Made by a program: the position numbers and the translations under genes
The notes under the pieces: generated by a model
The model's database searches: none
What the model was told of the DNA's origin: nothing
The model's input: the letters and a program-made list of their open reading frames with translations, nothing else
Assembly: GCA_963722305.1 (NCBI GenBank)
Contig: CAVRKE010000002.1
Location: forward strand, 522,678 to 586,677
DNA length: 64,000 nt
Direction of reading: 5' to 3'
Source of the DNA: Candidatus Levyibacteriota bacterium
GTDB lineage: Bacteria > Patescibacteriota > Microgenomatia > Levybacterales > UBA12049
Shown here: positions 55,331-61,625 of the stretch, piece by piece
Layout: each line of letters opens with the position of its first letter
Numbering within the stretch: the stretch's first letter is position 1

Positions 55331-56374
55331 ATGCTTTATAACTTAAAAAGTGTCAAGGACGCTCAAGTTCAAAATCAGACGGTGCTGTTAAGGGCTGACT
55401 TGGACGTGCCAATTGAAGATTTGCAAATTCGGGACGACACAAGGCTGAATGCCTGGTTTCCGACCCTTGAGTATCTGCTGCAAAATCAGGCTAAAGTCAT
55501 CATTGTCGGTCATTTGGGCAGGCCCAAAGGTGCAGACGAAAAATTCACCTTAAAACCGGTGGCAGAGTGGATCGCCGCTAAACTTCAAGGCCAGGTTCAA
55601 GATGAAAAAATCGGCGATTTCGCTGCCTGGAAAATAACTGACAGCGTTTCGCTTTTGCAAAACATCAGATATTATCCCGAAGAAGAGGACAATAATCCGG
55701 AGTTTGCCAAAAAGCTAGCCTCACTGGCCCAAATTTTTGTCAACGATGCCTTTGCTACCGCTCACCGGGCACACGCCTCAACCGAAGGAGTGGCGCATTT
55801 TCTTCCCTCATTTGCCGGTTTAAGGGTTTTGGAAGAAGTTGAAGTGCTTTCCAAAGTGCTGGAAAACCCCGACAGGCCGTTAGGAGTGATTATCGGCGGT
55901 GCCAAAATCGAAACCAAGCTGCCGTTGGTAGAGAAAATGCATGCTCTGGCGGATATGGTTTTGGTCGGCGGAACAATTATGGGCAACGAGGCAATCATTT
56001 CCGAAGTTGCCAAGAAACCAAGCGAACACAACTGTGTTTTACTGACTGCTTCGCCAATTGCCAATAAAATGGACGCCACTGTCGAAAGTATGCAAAAATT
56101 CGTCGCCGCGCTTCAAAACATGAAAACGATTGTCTGGAACGGACCGATGGGGCAAATCGAAATTGAAGAGTATCAATCGGGGACACTCGCTCTGGCAGAA
56201 GGCATCATCAAAATTCCGGCCTATACCGTGCTTGGCGGGGGAGACACGATAGGATTTCTCAAAAAGAAAAATTTGCTCGATAAATTTTCCTTTGCCTCGG
56301 TCGGCGGCGGCGCCATGCTCGAATTTCTCTCCGGTGAAAGATTGCCAGGACTCGTCGCCCTTGAGCAGAAATAA
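55331..56374 (+). CDS. pgk: Phosphoglycerate kinase (short form, 347 aa)
   Basis: …VLLRADLDVPIED…IRDDTRL…VIIVGHLGRPKG…; C-terminal …GGGAMLEFLSGERLPGLVALEQK. Confidence 0.8.
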   Translation: MLYNLKSVKDAQVQNQTVLLRADLDVPIEDLQIRDDTRLNAWFPTLEYLLQNQAKVIIVGHLGRPKGADEKFTLKPVAEWIAAKLQGQVQDEKIGDFAAWKITDSVSLLQNIRYYPEEEDNNPEFAKKLASLAQIFVNDAFATAHRAHASTEGVAHFLPSFAGLRVLEEVEVLSKVLENPDRPLGVIIGGAKIETKLPLVEKMHALADMVLVGGTIMGNEAIISEVAKKPSEHNCVLLTASPIANKMDATVESMQKFVAALQNMKTIVWNGPMGQIEIEEYQSGTLALAEGIIKIPAYTVLGGGDTIGFLKKKNLLDKFSFASVGGGAMLEFLSGERLPGLVALEQK

Positions 56375-56431
56375 TTTATTGAGTAGTTAGCTAGATTTTA
56401 TAGGATTTTATATTTAAAATCTTGACAAATA

Positions 56432-56455
56432 CTATAATGATATATATCATTATAG
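56432..56455. promoter_or_regulatory. Perfect 24-bp palindrome ctataatgatatatatcattatag overlapping a TTGACA-containing promoter-like region upstream of the TrpR/YerC-like gene
   Basis: Verified by eye to be its own reverse complement. TTGACA at 56422–56427 lies immediately upstream. Confidence 0.45.
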
Positions 56456-56512
56456 TAAACAAATAAGGTAGGTTGGGTAATTGTAAAAAGTAAAGATTTA
56501 AATAAATTTAAT

Positions 56513-56956
56513 ATGGCGCAGGTTTCTAAATACCCAGTAAGTAAAGACGTTTCAGACAGGATGTCTGAAGTATTTCAGCTGACAATTTCTTCTCTCAATA
56601 GTAAAGAAGACATCGAAGAATTTTTTGCGGAATTTCTTTCACCGGTTGAAAAGATCATGCTGGCGAAAAGATTATCGATTGCTGTCCTTTTGGCAAAAGG
56701 CTATACCTATCCCTCAATAGCAGCAGTTCTCAGAGTAACTCCAAGTACAATCGCCAGCGTCAGCCTAGCTTTAAAATATAAGGGGAAAGGCTACCAAAAA
56801 GCAGTCGAGAAAATATTGGTTAATGAGAAAATGAATGATTTCTGGCAAAAGATTGAAGATGCCCTAGACGGATTACCGCCGACAAAAGGCAGTTTTATTT
56901 ATTATCGCGATAAATACGAAAAGGAAAAGAGAAAGAAAAAGCTTAAAGCATTTTAG
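56513..56956 (+). CDS. TrpR/YerC-YecD-like DNA-binding protein
   Basis: 147 aa. …FLSPVEKIMLAKRLSIAVLLAKGYTYPSIAAVLRVTPSTIASVSLALKY resembles the Trp-repressor-like YerC/YecD HTH. Confidence 0.5.
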   Translation: MAQVSKYPVSKDVSDRMSEVFQLTISSLNSKEDIEEFFAEFLSPVEKIMLAKRLSIAVLLAKGYTYPSIAAVLRVTPSTIASVSLALKYKGKGYQKAVEKILVNEKMNDFWQKIEDALDGLPPTKGSFIYYRDKYEKEKRKKKLKAF

Positions 56957-56972
56957 TTCATTATTGAATTAT

Positions 56973-57053
56973 TCTCCGGCGAACGCCTGCCCGGTCTGGT
57001 TGCCCTCGAACAAAAAATCATAAAAGCGTGGGTTTCAAAAGAAGAACCTCGTT
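56973..57053 (+). pseudogene. Recoded duplicate fragment of the pgk 3' end (…FSGERLPGLVALEQKIIKAWVSKEEPR*)
   Basis: ttctccggcgaacgcctgcccggtctggttgccctcgaacaaaaa encodes SGERLPGLVALEQK, identical to the last 14 aa of pgk (56330–56374), but with about one-third of the nucleotides different (synonymous). Confidence 0.45.
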
Positions 57054-57056
57054 AAA

Positions 57057-57320
57057 TTATCGATACCTCAACTTCATTCCAACTATAAATACGCTTAAAA
57101 TAAGAACAACGATGTTAACTGAGATAACAGGAATAGACGAAAGAAGCAATCCATAAGCTGTCCAGCAAAAAGAAGAAAAAGCAATCATGGTAAAGGTAAT
57201 AAACGAAATGCTTTTTGTATCTTTTGTTTTCCAAACCCTAAAGGCTTGAGGAAAAAACATTATAATTCCTATTCCCGCTGCGGTGAATCCAAAAAAATTT
57301 GCAAGTTGTAGATTACTCAC
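57057..57320 (-). CDS. SemiSWEET / PQ-loop (MtN3-like) 3-TM transporter
   Basis: 87 aa, three TM helices. PQ motif …IIMFFPQAFRVWKTKDTKSISF…. Confidence 0.5.
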   Translation of the reverse strand: MSNLQLANFFGFTAAGIGIIMFFPQAFRVWKTKDTKSISFITFTMIAFSSFCWTAYGLLLSSIPVISVNIVVLILSVFIVGMKLRYR

Positions 57321-57448
57321 GTTTGTATATTCGATTATATCAAATTTTAATTTTCCTCTTGTTCACTTTCCGAAAAATTTGCTATACTGAATTTGTATGG
57401 TGAAGTACATGAGCTTCGCTCAGTACCTCGTAAAGGAGAAAAATTAAT

Positions 57449-58555
57449 ATGACTCGGGTCGCAATAAATGGGTACGGAAGAATTGGGAGGGTAGCACATC
57501 GGGTCATCCTCGAAAAATATTTCAACGACGTTGATATCGTGGCCATTAATGCCGGTTCCTCAACCGATATCAGAGGCTGGATGTACCTTTTAAAATACGA
57601 CACTTCTTATGGTCCGATTTATTCCTTGGATGTTTCCTACCAGGAAAAAGAGGAAAATCCAGCGCTTAAGGATTTAATCGGCTATCTTTTGCTCGACAAC
57701 AAAAAAATTCCGGTTATCTCGCAAAAAGACGCCACTTTGCTTCCTTGGAAAGACCTCGGTGTTGACGTAGTTATTGAATCAACCGGACATCTGGAAACAG
57801 AGGAAAAATTAAAAGCGCACTTAACCTCAGGTGCTAAGGCGGTGGTTCTTTCGGCCCCGGCCAAAGAAGGCAATGTGCCAACCATTGTGATGTCAATTAA
57901 CCAGGATAAAATTGCCGGCCAAACTTTAATTAACAATGCTTCCTGTACCACCAACTGTATTGCGCCTGTCGCCAAAGTGATGGTGGATGCATTTGGCGTC
58001 GAAAAAGCGATGATGACAACCATCCACAGCTACACTTCGGACCAAAAACTGGAAGACGGCGGGCATAAAGATTATCGAAGAGCCAGAGCAGCCGCCCAAA
58101 ACATTATCCCGACTTCAACCGGTGCCACCATTGCGGCGGCCCAGGTGATCCCGGAGCTCAATGGTGTTTTCGGCGGGCTTTCGGTTAGGGTTCCGGTGGC
58201 AGTCGGCTCTCTTTCCGATTTCACTTTTGTTCTCAAACGCCAAACTACCAAACAGGAAGTCAACGATACTTTAAGAAAGGCTTCGCAGACGCCGGCCTTT
58301 AACGGCATTATGGCGGTGACCGACGACCCCTTAGTTTCCAGTGATATTATCGGTAGCCCTTATTCCTCAATTGTTGACCTTTCTCTGACCCAGGTGATTG
58401 GCAACATGGTTAAAATTATTGCCTGGTACGACAATGAATACGGATACGCCAACAGACTGGTAGAGGCAGTGATCGCTATCGCTACGCCGCCTCAATCGGC
58501 GTCCACAGCGCCTACACTTCAACAACCCGCTGCTCCCCAACAACCAACAGCATGA
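57449..58555 (+). CDS. gap: Glyceraldehyde-3-phosphate dehydrogenase with Pro/Gln-rich C-terminal tail
   Basis: N-terminal INGYGRIGR (NAD binding); active site SCTTNCIAPV; …WYDNEYGY…. Confidence 0.85.
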   Translation: MTRVAINGYGRIGRVAHRVILEKYFNDVDIVAINAGSSTDIRGWMYLLKYDTSYGPIYSLDVSYQEKEENPALKDLIGYLLLDNKKIPVISQKDATLLPWKDLGVDVVIESTGHLETEEKLKAHLTSGAKAVVLSAPAKEGNVPTIVMSINQDKIAGQTLINNASCTTNCIAPVAKVMVDAFGVEKAMMTTIHSYTSDQKLEDGGHKDYRRARAAAQNIIPTSTGATIAAAQVIPELNGVFGGLSVRVPVAVGSLSDFTFVLKRQTTKQEVNDTLRKASQTPAFNGIMAVTDDPLVSSDIIGSPYSSIVDLSLTQVIGNMVKIIAWYDNEYGYANRLVEAVIAIATPPQSASTAPTLQQPAAPQQPTA

Positions 58556-59151
58556 GTAAGACAAACCAACCAATTGAACTATCCGGAGTTAGAAACATTA
58601 CCATTTCCGGCAGAATTGGCGCCGGCGCCACCACCCTTGCCGTTAAACTGTCGGCAGAATTTCACTGGCCGCTTTTGGAGGGTGGGGAATTATTTGCCCG
58701 TATCCATCGAGAATTAAACATTGACCAAATTAATGTTTTGCAAAGGCCGGATCAATTTGATTTACAATTTGAAGAAAAGATCAAAAATATTTTAACCCAC
58801 GAAAAGCAGCAGATTATCCAAAGTCATTTGGCAGGCTTTGACATCCAGGGGATTACCGGAATTTATAAAATTTTAGTGATTTGCCAGGACGAACATGGAG
58901 AAGACAAGGCGGACATCCGCATTGACCGACTAATGAACCGAGACGGGATTTCAATTGAAGCAGCCAAACACGAAGCCTTAGAGAGAGAAAAAGAAAACCT
59001 GACAAAATTTAGAAAGTTATATGCCCATAATGACCCGAACTGGATTTACTGGAACCCGAAATATTATGATTTGGTAGTGAATACTTATTCGCTAAATAGG
59101 GAAGAGGCTTTTAAATTTGTCTTGGAAGAAATCGGTTACAAGCGGCCATAA
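58552..59151 (+). CDS. Cytidylate-kinase-like P-loop protein with degenerate Walker A
   Basis: ITISGRIGAGATTLAVKLSAEF aligns to the CMP-kinase P-loop (IAIDGPxGSGKST) but lacks the Lys. Start overlaps the gap stop (ATGA). Confidence 0.35.
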   Translation: MSKTNQPIELSGVRNITISGRIGAGATTLAVKLSAEFHWPLLEGGELFARIHRELNIDQINVLQRPDQFDLQFEEKIKNILTHEKQQIIQSHLAGFDIQGITGIYKILVICQDEHGEDKADIRIDRLMNRDGISIEAAKHEALEREKENLTKFRKLYAHNDPNWIYWNPKYYDLVVNTYSLNREEAFKFVLEEIGYKRP

Positions 59152-59159
59152 ACTCCCCC

Positions 59160-60336
59160 ACATGTTTCTGAGTAGGCTGAGATACATAGGTACCACTTTT
59201 GAACTACAATAGCGGTTCAAAAGGAGGTGAAACCTATGAAATCAAAAGCACATAAGCCGGCATTGTATCATCCATGGGGATACACAACCTGGAGAGCAAT
59301 TGAAAAGGGAAAAGATAACTACTGGGATTATCTTCGTATTCAGGCAAAGTTGAATAAACTATCTCCAAAAGGACAACTTCATTTGGAATGGGTAATCTTT
59401 TACTACACGTTTGGAGAAAGAAACGTTAGTAAAACCACTAAGCACTTTGGTATTGCAAGAAAGACTCTAAGAGTCTGGTTAAAACGGTTTGACGGTAAGT
59501 TTATCAAAAGTCTTGAAGAGAAACCGAAAAGACCAAAACAAGTTAGGACATGGATGGTATCTCAAAAAGAAGAGGAGCAAATTATTGCGCTTCGAAAAGA
59601 AAACATGGAGCTTGGTAAAAGAAAATTAAAGATTCTCTACGCTAGAAAATACCAGGAGAATATCTCAACTTGGAAGATTGAACGGGTAGTAAGAAAGCAC
59701 AAATTATTCCAAGAGAAAAAGAACGGATACGTTAAAAGAAGACCTAAACAGCCTCGAATTCGTATCCATAAGGTAAAAGAACTATTACAGGAATATCCTA
59801 CGGGAGTAGTCTGGCATACGGACAGTATTATTATCTGGTGGTATGGCACAAGAAAAGTTATCTTCACAGCCTTAGAGAACAAAACTAAGCTTGGCTTTGC
59901 CAGAGTATACAAAACAAACTCTTCGGCAAATGCTGCAGACTTTCTGAAACGACTAAGCTATTTAAGCAATAATCAGCTTGCCATTATTCACTCTGACAAT
60001 GGATCTGAGTTTGATAAGGATTTTGCAAGAGTATGTGAAATACTTTCCATCCGACAAGTATTCTCCCGCCCCCATACGCCCAAGGATAATCCTTGTCTTG
60101 AGAAGTTTAATCATACAGTACAAAGAGAGTGGCTTAGTTTTTCTGTCATAGGGCTTGATGAAATTGATGAAGCAAATATTGATTTAACAGAATGGTTAGT
60201 CAAATACAACAGTATTCGTCCGCATCAAGCCCTTGACTACAAAACTCCTTTGGACTATGCTTATGAGCAATCTCCTCAACTGGTACCAATGACCCCAGCC
60301 CAATCAGTTTCTTGTTCAGCTGTAGTATAATAACGA
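59160..60336 (+). mobile_element. IS481-like insertion sequence (limits approximate; terminal inverted repeats not confidently identified)
   Basis: Transposase ORF with ~70 bp upstream and 8 bp before the next gene. The only candidate IR is weak (gtttctgagtaggctgag vs reverse complement of cccagcccaatcagtttc). Confidence 0.3.
59227..60330 (+). CDS. IS481-family-like DDE transposase (rve integrase core)
   Basis: N-terminal HTH region. DDE core …VWHTDSII… (D), …IIHSDNGSEF… (D), …PHTPKDNPCLEKFNHTVQREW (E). Confidence 0.65.
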   Translation: MKPMKSKAHKPALYHPWGYTTWRAIEKGKDNYWDYLRIQAKLNKLSPKGQLHLEWVIFYYTFGERNVSKTTKHFGIARKTLRVWLKRFDGKFIKSLEEKPKRPKQVRTWMVSQKEEEQIIALRKENMELGKRKLKILYARKYQENISTWKIERVVRKHKLFQEKKNGYVKRRPKQPRIRIHKVKELLQEYPTGVVWHTDSIIIWWYGTRKVIFTALENKTKLGFARVYKTNSSANAADFLKRLSYLSNNQLAIIHSDNGSEFDKDFARVCEILSIRQVFSRPHTPKDNPCLEKFNHTVQREWLSFSVIGLDEIDEANIDLTEWLVKYNSIRPHQALDYKTPLDYAYEQSPQLVPMTPAQSVSCSAVV

Positions 60337-60337
60337 C

Positions 60338-60871
60338 ATGAAGAAGTACCTGTTGATATTTTTGCTGATTTTATTTTTGTTGCCTTTCCAAAAAGCTCAG
60401 GCCCAGAGTACACCATCGGCAGAAATTTTAAATGTCCAATACGACCTCCCTTATACGGGGGTTTTACCGGATAACCCGTTATATTTTTTAAAAGCCTTAA
60501 GAGACAATGTTTTAGGACTATTCATTACGGACCCGCTAAAAAAGGCGCAGTACGATTTGTTAATGGCAGATAAAAGGTTGAGTGGGGCAGAGGCCTTGCT
60601 TAACAAAAAAGAAGACGCCTTAGCAATTACCACTCTTTCCAAATCAGGCAACTACTTTTTTCAGTCAGTGCAAGAAGCAATCATTGCCAAGACTCAAGGA
60701 AGTGAGGTAAACGACATTGCCGGAAAATTGGTTGCAGCCTCTTTAAAACATCAACAAATAATTTTTCAGATGATGGCAGTGGCTAACAAAAATACCAAGG
60801 GAACTTTACAGGCGTCTTTAAGTAGAATTAAAGACTTCCAAATAAGTGCGGAGGCATTAAAGTCTAGTTAA
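60338..60871 (+). CDS. Secreted hypothetical protein (signal peptide)
   Basis: MKKYLLIFLLILFLLPFQKAQA signal peptide, then a helical-looking 150 aa. Confidence 0.4.
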   Translation: MKKYLLIFLLILFLLPFQKAQAQSTPSAEILNVQYDLPYTGVLPDNPLYFLKALRDNVLGLFITDPLKKAQYDLLMADKRLSGAEALLNKKEDALAITTLSKSGNYFFQSVQEAIIAKTQGSEVNDIAGKLVAASLKHQQIIFQMMAVANKNTKGTLQASLSRIKDFQISAEALKSS

Positions 60872-61066
60872 GAGTTTAAGTCTCCATAAAAGAACATATT
60901 TTATCTTCTGTCTAGATTAAGACTTTGTGGTGTCAGGATATAAATTTTATTCTATTTTTGCAGAGTTGAAAGTTTTCCCAAAAAGCGAAGCTAAAAATAA
61001 TGTTGATCTTCTTTGATACAGAAGTTAATAGTTGACAGGGCAGATCTAGTGCCATATTATTTTTTT

Positions 61067-61082
61067 GGCACTATATCTAGCG
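61067..61082. promoter_or_regulatory. Candidate NrdR box (ggcactatatctagcg)
   Basis: 13/16 match to the published NrdR-box consensus acaCwAtATaTwGtgt. Lies ~55 bp upstream of nrdR. An adjacent 8-bp inverted repeat tagtgcca…tggcacta spans 61045–61075. Confidence 0.35.
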
Positions 61083-61135
61083 TTTTAAGGCATCAAAGAC
61101 GCTTTAAAAACGGCAAAGGGTGCCAAACATTAGAT

Positions 61136-61585
61136 ATGAAGTGTCCATATTGCGGAAGTAAGGAAACAGAAGTCGTCGAGACCAGAGATAGCGAGGATTT
61201 AGAGACAATTAGAAGACGAAGAGAATGTTTAAAGTGCCAAAAAAGATTTACGACTTACGAAAGAATTGAAAATATCGATTTAATTGTTATTAAAAAGGAC
61301 GGTAGAAGGGAACAATTTGACCGGGATAAATTAAAGCGAGGAATCATTAGGTCTTGCGAAAAAACCAAAGTATCTCTTGAAGACATTGAAAAGATAGTCA
61401 CGGAAATCGAGCGGGAATTAAGGACTGCCGATTCGGTTGAAGTAGAAAGTAAAAGAATCGGACAGATGGTTGCTCAGCGATTAAAAACAATGGACAAGGT
61501 GGCATACATTCGCTTTTCGAGCGTTTTTCGAAGATTTGTTGATGTTGAGGATTTTGAGAAAGAAGTCAAAAGGCTGATTAAGTAG
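61136..61585 (+). CDS. nrdR: Transcriptional repressor NrdR
   Basis: Start at MKCPYCGSKETEVVETRDSEDLETIRRRRECLKCQKRFTTYERIE (zinc ribbon) followed by an ATP-cone. The ORF-track start at 61013 is upstream of the conserved N-terminus. Confidence 0.8.
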   Translation: MKCPYCGSKETEVVETRDSEDLETIRRRRECLKCQKRFTTYERIENIDLIVIKKDGRREQFDRDKLKRGIIRSCEKTKVSLEDIEKIVTEIERELRTADSVEVESKRIGQMVAQRLKTMDKVAYIRFSSVFRRFVDVEDFEKEVKRLIK

Positions 61586-61625
61586 TGTTAACTACCGATA
61601 AAATAATCCTTAAAAGGATAATAAT

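Noticed and set aside
59160-60336. Terminal inverted repeats for the IS481-like element
   Set aside because: Only a weak ~10/14 match was found between the left flank and the reverse complement of the transposase 3' end. Not convincing without a search for other copies.
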